Assembly: GCA_963727445.1 (NCBI GenBank)
Contig: CAVSGI010000021.1
Span: forward strand, 448,001-512,000
Direction of reading: 5' to 3'
Length of the DNA: 64,000 bases
From: an uncultured delta proteobacterium
Lineage (GTDB): Bacteria; Myxococcota_A; Polyangia; Polyangiales; B10-G4
The translations under genes were made by a program, and so were the position numbers. Position 1 is the first letter of the stretch. Every line of letters begins with the position of its first letter. Below are positions 47,914 to 60,273 of this stretch, in pieces. The notes beneath the pieces were generated by a model, which was not told where the DNA came from, ran no database searches, and saw only the letters and a list, made by a program, of their open reading frames with translations.

Positions 47914-48530
47914 TGAAGAAGAAACGAAGTTGGGGGTTCTCTCTCATCGAGATGATGGTGGTGGTTGCGCTCATCGGCATCCTCGCCTCCGTCGCCGTCC
48001 CCGCGTATCGCAACTACGTGGCTCGGGCGAAGTCCGCCGAGGTCCCGACCATGCTCTCGGCGATGTACCAGGGCGCTTCGACCTATACGGCGCACGAGTT
48101 CTTCTACGAAGGCTCGGCCTCCGACACGGGTTCCTCGATGGCCTCGTCGATGGCGACCAGCACCGCGTGGGGTTTCAGCATGACCGTCCGCTGCCTGCTC
48201 CCCTCGTCGAACCGCATCCCCTCGAACCCCGGACCGGTCCAGCAGTTCGGCGACTTCGAATCGGACGAGGTCTTTCAGTCCATCGGCTTCACCTCCCCGG
48301 AGCCCGTCTACTACGGGTATCAGGTGCTCTCGATGGGCATGGCCGGCACGGGCGGCATGCTCAGCCCATCGCTCTGCATGCTCAGCTCCGGCTCCGTGTA
48401 CACCTTCTCCGCGGTGGGTGATCTCGACGGGGACGGCGTTCGCAGCACCTTCGAAGTGGCTGCGGGCCTCGACGACTCATTGGAGATGTACCGCCAGCCC
48501 GGGATTTACGCGGAGCTCGAGCTCGAGTAG
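47910..48530 (+). CDS. Type IV pilin-like protein
   Basis: [29 protein letters not shown] prepilin cleavage/methylation site; GDLDGDG C-terminal motif. Confidence 0.9.
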   Translation: MMKKKRSWGFSLIEMMVVVALIGILASVAVPAYRNYVARAKSAEVPTMLSAMYQGASTYTAHEFFYEGSASDTGSSMASSMATSTAWGFSMTVRCLLPSSNRIPSNPGPVQQFGDFESDEVFQSIGFTSPEPVYYGYQVLSMGMAGTGGMLSPSLCMLSSGSVYTFSAVGDLDGDGVRSTFEVAAGLDDSLEMYRQPGIYAELELE

Positions 48531-48533
48531 ATC

Positions 48534-49508
48534 TCAATCGTCGTCGGCGGCGCCTTCGAGGGCGCCGAGGCCGACGCGCAACGCGGCCATCAGAATCGCA
48601 GCCTCCGGGTGCCCCGGCACGCGGTCCCGATCGAAGAGCTTGCGCGGGAGACGGTCTTCCAGCTTACGCGCTTTGGCGACGAGCGCAGACGACACCTCGA
48701 GGGTGAAGGGCTCGTCGCTGATTGCGGCTGCGCGCCGTTGGGAGGGGAGCACGCTCGCGCGCGCCTTCTTGGGCGCTTCGAGGTCCACCTTGGTGGCGTC
48801 GTTCGTGTCGCTCCCCTTGCTCGACGACGCGGCCACCGACTTCCCCGGTGGTTTGGATACGCGCTTGCCCGGCGGCGTGGACGTACGCTTGCTCGGCGGC
48901 GTGGAGGAGCGTTTGGCGGGAGGCGACGACTGTCGGCCGAGGGGCGACTTCAGGAGCGCGCCCTTGGGGGCCGACTTCGGAGCTGACGATCCGGAGGCGG
49001 CGACCTTCGACGGGGGTGAGGAGGGCTTCGGCGTGGCGACCGGCGACTTCGGGGCAGCGGCTGCGGGCGACTTCACGGGGGGAGGCGGCGGAACGCTGCG
49101 CTCGGGGGTCGGCGAGGACTCGGTCACCTCGTCGCGCGCGGCGACCTCCTCCATCGCAGCGACGTCCTCGAGCTTGATCGTGCCGGTGTCGTCTCCCTGT
49201 GCGGCCGCGTCCTTCGCGATCAGCATCCGCTCGTACATGATCTCGTTTCGCTCGTCGAAGGACAGGTCGGAGAGATGGAGATCGTAGCGGTCGGTGGGAT
49301 TGCCCCGAGGGATCGCTCCCGCGCACCGACCGACGCCTTCGATCACGTGGGTACCGTCCTCGAGCTGGATGGAGAAACGAACCCACTCACCCTCGGCGAT
49401 CGACTCGGGCACCGAGAGACAAAGCGTCTCGTCGCCCATGGTCTTGGCCAGCTCTTCGACCACCTCCGATACCTCGGTGCCCGTCTTGATCCGCAGCGCC
49501 TCGCTCAT
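48534..49508 (-). CDS. Hypothetical protein with N-terminal PilZ-like beta domain and Pro/Lys/Ser-rich linker
   Basis: WVRFSIQLEDG..IEGVG; SxPPxK repeats. Confidence 0.7.
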   Translation of the reverse strand: MSEALRIKTGTEVSEVVEELAKTMGDETLCLSVPESIAEGEWVRFSIQLEDGTHVIEGVGRCAGAIPRGNPTDRYDLHLSDLSFDERNEIMYERMLIAKDAAAQGDDTGTIKLEDVAAMEEVAARDEVTESSPTPERSVPPPPPVKSPAAAAPKSPVATPKPSSPPSKVAASGSSAPKSAPKGALLKSPLGRQSSPPAKRSSTPPSKRTSTPPGKRVSKPPGKSVAASSSKGSDTNDATKVDLEAPKKARASVLPSQRRAAAISDEPFTLEVSSALVAKARKLEDRLPRKLFDRDRVPGHPEAAILMAALRVGLGALEGAADDD

Positions 49509-49664
49509 GGGCCGAAGGTACCGTCGCGCCTCCCTGAACGGCTAGGCAGATCGAGCCGGCGAGGGAGCGCCAGCGGCGCCTTCAGTTGCCGCTTGGAGCG
49601 CTCCATGCGGGAACGATCTCTGTTCCAGCGGCCTCTGGCGCGCGAGATCAGCGGGAAATTACAC

Positions 49665-49680
49665 CGGCACGGCCATTGCC
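49665..49680 (+). promoter_or_regulatory. sigma54 -24/-12 promoter CGGCACGGCCATTGCC
   Basis: Near-consensus GGCAC-N5-TTGC; GGAGG SD and ATG 49707 follow. Confidence 0.7.
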
Positions 49681-49706
49681 TTTAGTCCCCACCGGAGGTG
49701 GTTCCC

Positions 49707-50375
49707 ATGAAGCAAGCCCATTTCGCCATTGTCGCCGCGGCGCTCTTGCCCGCGTGCGTCGGATACTACGGAGATGGCACTGGGGGAGGCGATGGCACGA
49801 CCAGCGCGCTCGCGATGGAGTGTCTCGACGACTCGGACTACTGCATGTTCGACGATCTCGGTGACGACGAGAAGGAGGACATCCAGGAGGGGGGCTGCTG
49901 GATCACCGGCGGTGGCCACATCGGCGACGCGAACGCCTTCGGCGGCGCCGGCGCCAACGACCAGGACAGCTTCGGCTTCAATGCCATGGGCATGAAGGCG
50001 GGCTACGTTCGCGGCGAGATCGAGAACGTCACGCACCTCGGTGACGACTTCCACGGCGAGGCCACCTGGCTGCGCTGCTGGAAGGACGACGGCCTCGGCC
50101 CGGAGGTCCCGCACGCGGTCCCGAACAACGCCCAGTGGGGTGGAACCGGCGTCTGGAATCACGAGGAGGGGTACACCTGGGAGGCCCACCTCGCGGATCG
50201 CGCCGAAGGTGGCTCGGGCATCGACGAGTACGAGATCTGGATCTACGACGCCGCCGGCGAGGTGGTGTACTCGCAGACCGCCGCTGACGACCTGGTCATC
50301 ACGGGCGGCAACTTCCAGATCCATCCGCCGAACACCGGACACCCCTACCTCGCGGACGCGACGACCGCTCCCTAG
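49707..50375 (+). CDS. Lipoprotein, post-COAP-1-like domain
   Basis: Lipobox LPAC; WITGGG, SFGFNA, DRAEGG, GGNFQIH. Confidence 0.7.
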   Translation: MKQAHFAIVAAALLPACVGYYGDGTGGGDGTTSALAMECLDDSDYCMFDDLGDDEKEDIQEGGCWITGGGHIGDANAFGGAGANDQDSFGFNAMGMKAGYVRGEIENVTHLGDDFHGEATWLRCWKDDGLGPEVPHAVPNNAQWGGTGVWNHEEGYTWEAHLADRAEGGSGIDEYEIWIYDAAGEVVYSQTAADDLVITGGNFQIHPPNTGHPYLADATTAP

Positions 50376-50444
50376 CTTCTCGAACGAACCATCTCCGCGA
50401 GCCCCGAGGTGCCGGCCGGCGCCTCGGGGTTCGTCTTTGGTGCG

Positions 50445-52151
<1,707 letters not shown>

Positions 52152-52155
52152 CTAA

Positions 52156-52911
52156 CTAGAAGGTGACCATCGGGAGTGTGGGTCGTGTCTGATCGCTGCC
52201 CGAGGTGGCGACCACGACGATGACGACGGTCAACACGGCGACGGCCGCGACGCCCGCGCCGATTCCGATCCACAACCAGGGCGAGCTGCCGTTTGACCCG
52301 TCCCAGGTCCGCGGGCTCGCCTCACTGCCATCGGTTGCGAGGATCACGCCCCCGGGCCCGATGGCCTGACCGTAGAACTCGATCTCCTGGTCACCGGCGA
52401 GCTCGAGGGAATCGCCAGTGGTCGTCTGCCAACGCCCATCACCCACGCGGCTCATGATCCGCACTTCCCGGGTCAGTTGCTCCGGATCGCGGGCCACCTC
52501 GGCGCTGAGGGAGACGCCGGCGGCGCTGGGGGAGGCGCGGACCGTCACGCCTATCTGACCACCGAGCTCCTCCCGGATTTGGCTGGCGCGCCTCAGAATC
52601 TCTGGCGGCATGGCATCGGAGAAGTCGTGACCCGGGGAGATCGTGAGGAGGCGGCGGAGATCCGTGTCCACGGCTTCGTCCTCGCCGATCCCGAGGTGCA
52701 CCAGGATCCGGAGCTCGTAGACCGAGACCAGGTCGCTGCGGGTGAGGTCCTGGGAGGCCTCGGCCCGCGTGAGGGCGTCGAGAGCGCCTTCGAAGTCCGC
52801 TTCCTCGTACTTGCCCTGGGCTTCGTCGAGAAGCGGATGGGCCAGCGCCACGCCGGGGAGGAGGGCGACGCAGGCCGCGAGGAGCGCGGCTGTGATCCGC
52901 GGTCCCCTCAT
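52156..52911 (-). CDS. Secreted TPR-like protein with C-terminal TM
   Basis: Signal peptide; YEEADFEGAL; SPWLWIGIGAGV; ATGA overlap. Confidence 0.75.
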   Translation of the reverse strand: MRGPRITAALLAACVALLPGVALAHPLLDEAQGKYEEADFEGALDALTRAEASQDLTRSDLVSVYELRILVHLGIGEDEAVDTDLRRLLTISPGHDFSDAMPPEILRRASQIREELGGQIGVTVRASPSAAGVSLSAEVARDPEQLTREVRIMSRVGDGRWQTTTGDSLELAGDQEIEFYGQAIGPGGVILATDGSEASPRTWDGSNGSSPWLWIGIGAGVAAVAVLTVVIVVVATSGSDQTRPTLPMVTF

Positions 52912-54880
52912 GGGCAGGCGTCCTGGCAGGAGCCGGAGCAGCATTCGCGCCGGTTGCCCCGGCAGTGATTGCCGCAGGTGCCGCAGTTGTCCGTGTCGTT
53001 GTCGACGTGCGCCTCGCAGCCGTCGCCCGGGCTCGTGTTGCAGTCGGCGAAGCCGTCGTTGCAGCTCGCCATCTCGCAGGTGCCCGCGTTGCAGGCGGCC
53101 GTCGCGTTGGCGAAGGAGCAGGCGTTGCCGCACGTGCCGCACGCGTCGGTGGTCGTGAAATCCACCTCGCATCCGTCGTGGGGGTCCCCGTTGCAATCCC
53201 CACGGCCGGGCTCGCAGTTCAAACGGCAGCTTCCGCCGATGCAGCTCGGTGACGCGCCGGGGCCGGTCGGACAAACGGTGCCACACGCCCCGCAGTTGTC
53301 GATGTCGCCGTCGATGAAGGCCTCGCACTCGTTGCGCAGGATGCCGTCGCAGTCCTCGAAGCCCGGAGCGCACACGACCATCTTGCAGACGCCGAAGGAG
53401 CAGTACTCGAGGTTCGTGGGATCGCAGCGCGTGCCGCAGCCGCCACAGTTGTCGTCGTCGAAGCGCACGTCGAGGCAGCGATCACCGCAGGCCTCGGCGG
53501 GGGCTGCGCAGCTCTCGACGCAGCCGGTGCCGAGGGGAGGCGCCGCGCAGATCGCCGTGGGGGGCGCGCAGGACGTCATGCAGTCGCCGCAGGTCGTCGC
53601 AGAGGCGAGGTCCGCTTCGCATCCGTCGGAGGCGTCGGCGTTGCAGTCTCCGCGCGGGCCGTAGCACTCCGAGATGGTGCAGGTGCCGGTGTGGCAGTCG
53701 GTGACGGCATCGTCGACGGCGCAGGCGGTGTCGCATCCGCCACAGTCGGTGAGGGTGGTGGCGGAGGTCTCGCAGCCGGATGCATCGCTGCTGTCGCAGC
53801 TCGCCCAGCCAGGATCGCAGGCGCCCGTGGTACAGCTGCCCGCAGTGCAGGTCGCCTCCGCGTTGTCGATGGTGCAGCGGGCCCCGCAGGCCCCGCAGTT
53901 CCGCGCGTCCGCGTCGGTGTCGGTGCAGCTCGTCCCGCAGAGGGTGGTCCCGGCAGGACAGGTCGTGACGCACGTGGGCGAAGCGCCCGAGACGTCGCAG
54001 TTCGGCGTCGCGGCGTCGCACGCGTCCGCGCAGGTGCTGCAGTCGCTGCCCGTGCCCAGGGGCGTCTCGCAGCCGTTGGCGAGCACGCCATCGCAGTCCG
54101 CCCACCCGTCATGGCAGCCGACGAGCTCGCAGGTGCCGCTCTCGCAGGTCTCGGTCGCGTGATCGAGCGCGCAGAGGGGAGACTCCCCCGGCATGCGGCA
54201 GCGCCCGCAGTCGGTCAGCGTGCGGATGGAGGTCTCGCAACCGTTCCGCGGGTCCGAGTCGCAGTCGAAGAAGTCGTCTTCACAGGTGACGAGCTCGCAG
54301 CTTCCGTCGGCGCAGCGCGGGGTGCCGTGCGGCGTGCGACAGGGCATGTCGCAACCCCCGCAGTGATCGAGGGAGGTGGTGATGTCGACCTCGCACCCGT
54401 CGTCGGGGTCGATGTTGCAGTTGCCGAAGCCCGGAGGGCACTCCTCGCCCGTGCCGCCGTCGGTCTCCGCGCAGATCCCCGCGTCGCAGAGCGTCGGGCT
54501 GCAGGCGGCGGTCGGCGTCTGCGCGTCGAGCACCACCTCCACCATCCCGCTTTCGTCGGGCAGGTTGATGGTGGTGCAGCCGGTCACGATCACCCGGCAC
54601 GCCGCGTCGCGGCCCGAGACCCGGAAGCCGTAGGTGCCGGGATCGAGGTTGGGGGGGAGGGCGCATCTCCCGGCCCGGCCGCGGGAAACTGGATGTCGTA
54701 GAGCTCCTCCATGCCGCTGCAGCCGCCGAGCTCGATGCTCGCTTCGAAGGCGACGACTTCGGGGCCGAGCGTGGGGTCGGTGAAGCGGACGTCCCACTGC
54801 AGCTCCTGGGCGGAATTACACGCCAAGAGGCCGAAGAGGGCCGTCGACAGCGCCGCGCGCCGGGGCCATGACAAGCTCAC
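52908..54880 (-). CDS. Large Cys-rich repeat lipoprotein; -1 frameshift in the C7 run at 54651-54657
   Basis: Lipobox LLAC in ORF 54590..54880; repeated DCxxxxxDGCE and NCGxCGxxC. Confidence 0.85.
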
Positions 54881-54919
54881 TCGAACACGATAGCCGAAGG
54901 CCGACGCGGCGCCCAGTAC

Positions 54920-55555
54920 TCAGAAACTACCGAGGAAAACGGCCCCGCAGGGGGTGAGGATCGCCGCGGCTTCCGCCCCTTCGCCGTGGCTCCTGCTCGA
55001 CAGGCCCCAGTAGAGCCCGCCCGCGACGCCGACCACGCCCACGGCGAGGAAGGGGATGCTCACGCCGAGCAGCGTGTCGTCGCCGCTCCCAATCCCCGCG
55101 CCGAGGAGAATGGCACCGGCGACGAGCAGGGCGCCCCCCACCGCGGCGACGATCCAGGGCGCCGCCCCCGGGCCTTCGGGGACGTCGGCGTCGCCCCGCG
55201 CGATCGCCTCGCGCAGCTCGGTGACCTTGCGCTCCACCGACGCCCGGCGCGGGTGCACCGCGCTCGTCTCGCGGAGGTACCGCTCGAGCGCATCGAGGGC
55301 TCGTCGCAGTCGGCCGGCACGTCGGGCGGACTCGCCGATTTGGTAGAGGAGCTCCGGGCGCGGCTCGAGGCGGTAGGCCTCCTGGAAGGCTCGCATCGCG
55401 CCCTCGTACTGCCCGTTGTGAAAGGACGCCTGTCCCATCTGAAACGCGGTGCGGGCGTCGGGCTCCCCCTCGATCTCGGCGAGCTGGGCGTGCGCGTCGC
55501 CGGGCGACCACAGGGCGCTCGCCACGACGAGGGCGATGCCGAAGAGGCGCCTCAC
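54920..55555 (-). CDS. Secreted TPR protein with C-terminal TM helices
   Basis: Signal peptide; AFQMG..YEGA..FQEAY..PELLYQIG; GTGA overlap. Confidence 0.8.
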   Translation of the reverse strand: MRRLFGIALVVASALWSPGDAHAQLAEIEGEPDARTAFQMGQASFHNGQYEGAMRAFQEAYRLEPRPELLYQIGESARRAGRLRRALDALERYLRETSAVHPRRASVERKVTELREAIARGDADVPEGPGAAPWIVAAVGGALLVAGAILLGAGIGSGDDTLLGVSIPFLAVGVVGVAGGLYWGLSSRSHGEGAEAAAILTPCGAVFLGSF

Positions 55556-56589
55556 ACGTTCATCTTGGCCGTGATGTCGCTCCAGAACTCGCTGTCGCCG
55601 ACCAGGTCGACCACCGCGACGGCTTCGGCCGCCGCCCGATCGGGGCGCCGCCCTCGCGCTTCGAGGCGATGTCGGATGTCCTCGCAGATGACGTAGCGCG
55701 TGACGAGATCGGTGCGAGCGAGGGCGAAGTGGCCATCCTCGGCCCACTCGAGCGCCCAGATCTCGTCGGCGATCCAGTCGGCGACGATGCTCGCGGGAGA
55801 TTCGTTCTCCGGCGAGCGCGCTTCAGCGCGATCGAAGGAAGGGCCCCACGCGAGGTCGTCGATGCGCTGCCGCTTCATCCCGTTCAGCCCGCGGATCGAC
55901 TGCGCGAACCAGGCGAGGGCCGAGCCGAAGCGCGTGTCGTCGGCGCCCTCGTCCATCATCTCCTTGGCCTCGAGCTTCCAGCTCGAGCGGTGGAGCTTCG
56001 GAAAAGGCTTCTGATCGAGCACCGCCATCGGTGATTCACCGGCGGCCAGGCGGGTGAGAAGCTCCTCCTCGAGCTTCGTCCACTCGGCGAAAGCGACCTT
56101 CTTCTTCTGGGTGAGGCGGATCGAGTTTCCGATGTCGCGGTCGGCCGTGAGCTTGCCCTTCTTGTCGCGCAGCGAGGGCGCGGCGTCCTCGGCGACCAGG
56201 AGCGGCCGGCGTCCGAGGGTGCGGCACGGACATCGATGCCGCGTGGTGACGCGCCCGCCCGTGGGGGTGGCGGCGAGGCCGAGGGGAAAGCGGCGACATC
56301 CGGCAGGCTTGGCTTCGGGCCCCAGCGCCGCGTGCAGATAGCAGCGGTCCGGGCCGAGGAAGAGGCAGCCTCCATCGCCGCGCGTGCGCAGCATCGGCTC
56401 GTCGAAGCCGTCGTCGCTCGGCGGCTCCACCACCGCTGGCGAGACCAGGGACAGCGCCCGGACCTCTTTCTTCGTGAGCGGGCCGAGGCCGTGCAGATCG
56501 GTGCAGCAGAGGCCGTCTCCGAAGCACGTGTAATGCGCCCCGGTCCGTGCGATCAGGGGCTCCGTAAGGGCGGCGTTCTTCTTGCCCAT
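55552..56589 (-). CDS. YkgJ-family cysteine-cluster (Zn/Fe-chelating) protein
   Basis: CFGDGLCC, CLFL, CYLH, KPAGCRRFP. Confidence 0.8.
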   Translation of the reverse strand: MGKKNAALTEPLIARTGAHYTCFGDGLCCTDLHGLGPLTKKEVRALSLVSPAVVEPPSDDGFDEPMLRTRGDGGCLFLGPDRCYLHAALGPEAKPAGCRRFPLGLAATPTGGRVTTRHRCPCRTLGRRPLLVAEDAAPSLRDKKGKLTADRDIGNSIRLTQKKKVAFAEWTKLEEELLTRLAAGESPMAVLDQKPFPKLHRSSWKLEAKEMMDEGADDTRFGSALAWFAQSIRGLNGMKRQRIDDLAWGPSFDRAEARSPENESPASIVADWIADEIWALEWAEDGHFALARTDLVTRYVICEDIRHRLEARGRRPDRAAAEAVAVVDLVGDSEFWSDITAKMNV

Positions 56590-56727
56590 CAGAGGGGGCG
56601 GCTTAGCTCAGGGATCGGGAAAAGTCGAGGATCGAGGGCAGCCAAAAGGAGCTGAGTCACGGCCCACGATCCAAAGGCGGATGTGTTATCTTCCACTGGC
56701 GCCACCGCGCTGATTCTGCTGACGAAG

Positions 56728-57339
56728 ATGAAGGGTCCCTCCCCCCTACTCGGGTACAACACCAACGTCCGCCACGCCGGGAAGCTGTATCACATCCAGA
56801 CGGAGGACTCGGGAGTGCGACACCCGCACGTGATCACGCACCTCTTCGCCGACGGGGGGCGGATCATCGCGTCCAAGAAGACGACCTACGCCGAGCACGT
56901 CGGCGCCGAGGACTTCCAGGCGATCGTGAAGCAGCTGATGCGGGCGCAGCACAAGGAGATGTTCATCGCCTTGCGCGATGGCGTCTACGACGAGGACGAG
57001 CCGGGCGCCGCTGCGGCCGCGCCGACGCCCGACAAGACCGACGAGGATCTGCCGCTCGACCTCGACGTGGACCTCGAGCCGAGTGCGCCGCAAATCGACG
57101 AGGCGGCTCTCGATGCGGCGGCCGCTGCTTACGGCGAGCTGCCCGGGACCGGAGAGCAGGAGCGTCCGAAGACGCCCCACAGCCCGGGTCTCTACCAGTC
57201 CACGCAGCCCGCGGTCGAGGTCGCGGGACGCAAGGGCAAGCAGTCGGAGTCGATCTTCGGCAACGACCTGTTGAGCGAGAAGTCCCTCGACGAGGTCATC
57301 CTCAGCTACCTGGCCGAGGACCTCGAGGAAACCGAGTAG
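56728..57339 (+). CDS. Conserved myxobacterial hypothetical protein
   Basis: GYNTNVRH..YHIQTEDSG..MRAQHKEM; C-terminal SEKSLDEVILSYL. Confidence 0.8.
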   Translation: MKGPSPLLGYNTNVRHAGKLYHIQTEDSGVRHPHVITHLFADGGRIIASKKTTYAEHVGAEDFQAIVKQLMRAQHKEMFIALRDGVYDEDEPGAAAAAPTPDKTDEDLPLDLDVDLEPSAPQIDEAALDAAAAAYGELPGTGEQERPKTPHSPGLYQSTQPAVEVAGRKGKQSESIFGNDLLSEKSLDEVILSYLAEDLEETE

Positions 57340-57379
57340 CGAACTCCGTCCCCGCGCGACAATCGCGTATCCTCCCGCC

Positions 57380-58225
57380 ATGCGGCGAGGGTGGATTGCG
57401 GGGGCGTGGGTGCTGGGCGCGGCGACGTGCCTGCTCGCCTCGATGGCCCGCGCTGGCGACCACGACGAGCCGACGACCGAGCGCGAAAGCGCCCCGCAAG
57501 GCTCCGCCGACGCGGCGGTGGTCGACCTCTCCGCCCTGGTGCCAGAGCGTTGGCTCTCCTCGGAGGCGGACGCCCTGCCCATCCAGTCTCCGCGCCTGCT
57601 CCGGACCCTGCCCAGGGAGTGCCACACCCGCGGCGGCTACCGCGATCACTGCCAGGGGCCGCGGCGGGTGGTAGAGCCCTCGGGGGCCGCCGCGCGCCTG
57701 GCTCGGCGTCTCTCGCTCGGGCAGCGGGCGAGCGCGCTGCTGCTCCGGCACGGCGCCGCGGCGCCCGAGTGGCTCGCGGTGGTGCAGGGCAGGGACGCGG
57801 AAGAGGAGCTCACCTTTCCGGTCGCCGAGGGTCGCATCGGTCGCGGCTTTGGTCGGGTGCGTCGTGGCGAGCTCGCCTCTCGGCCGCATTGGGGGGTGGA
57901 CATCGGCGCCGAGGAGGGCACCACCATCGTCGCCGCCCGCGGTGGTCTGGTGGTCTACAGCGACAACGGCATGACCGGTTACGGCAACGTGGTGATGCTC
58001 CTGCACGAGGACGACTCGTCCACTTTCTACGCCCACTGCTCGCGAACGACGGTGGCCGCTGGAGAGCTCGTCGCGCGCGGGCAGAAGATCGCCGAGGTGG
58101 GCTCGACGGGCTTCGCCGAGCAGCCCCATCTCCATTGGGAGTATCGGATCCGCGGTTGGGCGCGCGATCCGGTGGCGCGGAGCGACCGCGCGACGCCAGC
58201 GCAGCGCGCGCGCGTGCGGCGCTGA
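57380..58225 (+). CDS. M23 family metallopeptidase
   Basis: HWGVD, YAH, GSTG, HLHWE; signal peptide. Confidence 0.9.
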   Translation: MRRGWIAGAWVLGAATCLLASMARAGDHDEPTTERESAPQGSADAAVVDLSALVPERWLSSEADALPIQSPRLLRTLPRECHTRGGYRDHCQGPRRVVEPSGAAARLARRLSLGQRASALLLRHGAAAPEWLAVVQGRDAEEELTFPVAEGRIGRGFGRVRRGELASRPHWGVDIGAEEGTTIVAARGGLVVYSDNGMTGYGNVVMLLHEDDSSTFYAHCSRTTVAAGELVARGQKIAEVGSTGFAEQPHLHWEYRIRGWARDPVARSDRATPAQRARVRR

Positions 58226-58253
58226 CCCGCCGGTCCCGCTGATGGTGTCGAGG

Positions 58254-59195
58254 TCAGCGTGGATGCAGGGCCGCCGCTGCCGTCGCCGCGACGTCGCGGG
58301 TCGACAGCGCGATGCGATCGGCGACGAAGCTGACCGCGGGGTCCTTGTCGACCGCGCTCCGCCAGAGGAGCTCCATCGGCGCGCCTTCGAGGGGGAAGGG
58401 CACCTTGGCGGTCGCGAGGTGCGGGCGCAGGCGACGGATGCTCGCCGCGACTGGCGTGGGCACGGTCGCGATCAGCGGGCTCTCGTCGACGATGGCGCCG
58501 ATGGAATGAAACGAAGGCACCGAGACGCGGACCGTGCGGCTCACGCCGAAGAGGTCTTCGAGGATCCCCCGTCGGTCTCCGTTGTACGAGACGATGACGT
58601 GCTCGGCTGCGAGGTAACGGGATTTCGAGGGGCGCGGCCCGAGCTCCACCAGGGTCGGGTTGTAGAGGGCGACGAAGCCGCCGGTGAAGAGCGTCTTGCG
58701 GACGATGCCGGCCGGCACCTCGTCCGCCACCGTGACCGCCAGGTCGACCTCGGCGCTCGCGAGGGCGTCGCCCACGGTGCGGAATTGAACGGGTAGAACG
58801 ACCAAGGCCATCATCGGCGCTTCCTCGGCGAGGCGAGAGAGGAGCGCGGGTAGAAGCCACTGCTCGTTTGCGTCGGCGAGGCCCAGCCGCACCACTCGGT
58901 TGCTGGTCAGAGGGTCGAAGCTGCCCGTGGTGCGGGTGGCGTCGAGGAGCGCTTCGAGGTGTGGGCGCGCCGCGCTCGCGAGCTCGCGTCCCGCCGCGGT
59001 GAGGGCGAGACCGCGACCCTGGCGGACGAAGAGCTCGGCATCGATGGTGCGTTGAAGCCGCTTGAGCGCCGCGCTCACCGCGGGTTGGGTGACGTAGAGG
59101 ACCTTGGCGGCCGCGGTGACGCTCCCCTGCTCCGCCACCACCAGAAAGACCCGGAGGAGGTTGAGATCGAAGTCCCTTTCATAAACCTCGCTCAT
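58254..59195 (-). CDS. LysR family transcriptional regulator
   Basis: DLNLLRVF..SVTAAA..TQPAVSAALKRL..LFVRQGRG. Confidence 0.95.
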   Translation of the reverse strand: MSEVYERDFDLNLLRVFLVVAEQGSVTAAAKVLYVTQPAVSAALKRLQRTIDAELFVRQGRGLALTAAGRELASAARPHLEALLDATRTTGSFDPLTSNRVVRLGLADANEQWLLPALLSRLAEEAPMMALVVLPVQFRTVGDALASAEVDLAVTVADEVPAGIVRKTLFTGGFVALYNPTLVELGPRPSKSRYLAAEHVIVSYNGDRRGILEDLFGVSRTVRVSVPSFHSIGAIVDESPLIATVPTPVAASIRRLRPHLATAKVPFPLEGAPMELLWRSAVDKDPAVSFVADRIALSTRDVAATAAAALHPR

Positions 59196-59274
59196 GGGTT
59201 CCATCCTTATTATTACATGGATGTCTGAGTTGGTGCAGCCCATCTTGGGACCTCGACCACAGGGAGGGAGCGAC

Positions 59275-60258
59275 ATGGCGACCGACGAGACGAAGGTGAG
59301 GCTGGGCAAGAGCGGCCCCGAGGTGCATCGCATCGGCCTGGGCTGCATGGGGATGAGCGGGGCGTATGGCGCGGCCGACGAGGCGGAGGGGATCGCGACC
59401 ATCCAGCACGCGATCGATCGTGGGATCACCCTCCTCGACACGGGCGACTTCTACAGCATGGGTCACAACGAGCGGCTGATCCGCAAAGCGATCGCGGTCC
59501 GCCGCGATCAGGTGACGCTCTCCGTGAAGTTCGGGGCGCTCCGCGATCCCCGTGGCCAGTGGCTCGGCACCGACACCCGACCGGCGGCGGTGAAGAACTT
59601 CGTCGCCTATTCGCTCGATCGGTTGGGGGTGGAAGCGATCGATGTCTATCGCCCGGCGCGTCTCGATCCGAACGTTCCGATCGAGGACACCGTCGGCGCC
59701 ATCGCGGAGCTGATCGAAGCGGGGTACGTCAAGCACGTCGGCCTCTCCGAGGTGGGGGTCGACACCATCCGCCGCGCCGCGGCCGTCCACCCCATCTCCG
59801 ATCTCCAGATCGAGTACGCGCTCGTGACGCGCGGACCGGAGAAAGCGATCTTCCCGGTGCTCCGCGAGCTCGGCGCCAGCGCGACGATCTACGGGATCTT
59901 CAGTCGCGGCCTTCTGACCGGTAGCAAGCCGGCCGCCAGAGGGGACTACCGCGCCTTTCTCCCGCGCTTCAAAGCCGACGGAAATCAGCAGACGGTGGAA
60001 GCGTTCGCGAAGCTCGCCAAGGAGCAGGGCCGCACGCCCGCGCAGCTCGCCCTCGGCTGGGTTCTCGCGCGGCAGCCCGGCTTCGTCGCGTTGATCGGCG
60101 CCAAGAAGCCTTCGCACGTCGACGAGGCGCTCGAGGTCGTCGAGCGACCGCTCAGCGAGGACGAGCTCGCTGCGGTCGAACGCGTCGTCCCCGAGAGCGC
60201 CATCGAGGGAACGCGCTATGGCGCGGAGCAGATGAAGCGTCTCGACAGCGAACGGTGA
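59275..60258 (+). CDS. Aldo/keto reductase
   Basis: IGLGCMGMS, DTGDFY, KFG, SLDRLG, VGLSE, AQLALGW; GGAGG SD; divergent from LysR. Confidence 0.93.
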   Translation: MATDETKVRLGKSGPEVHRIGLGCMGMSGAYGAADEAEGIATIQHAIDRGITLLDTGDFYSMGHNERLIRKAIAVRRDQVTLSVKFGALRDPRGQWLGTDTRPAAVKNFVAYSLDRLGVEAIDVYRPARLDPNVPIEDTVGAIAELIEAGYVKHVGLSEVGVDTIRRAAAVHPISDLQIEYALVTRGPEKAIFPVLRELGASATIYGIFSRGLLTGSKPAARGDYRAFLPRFKADGNQQTVEAFAKLAKEQGRTPAQLALGWVLARQPGFVALIGAKKPSHVDEALEVVERPLSEDELAAVERVVPESAIEGTRYGAEQMKRLDSER

Positions 60259-60273
60259 GGGGGGGTGGCGTGC

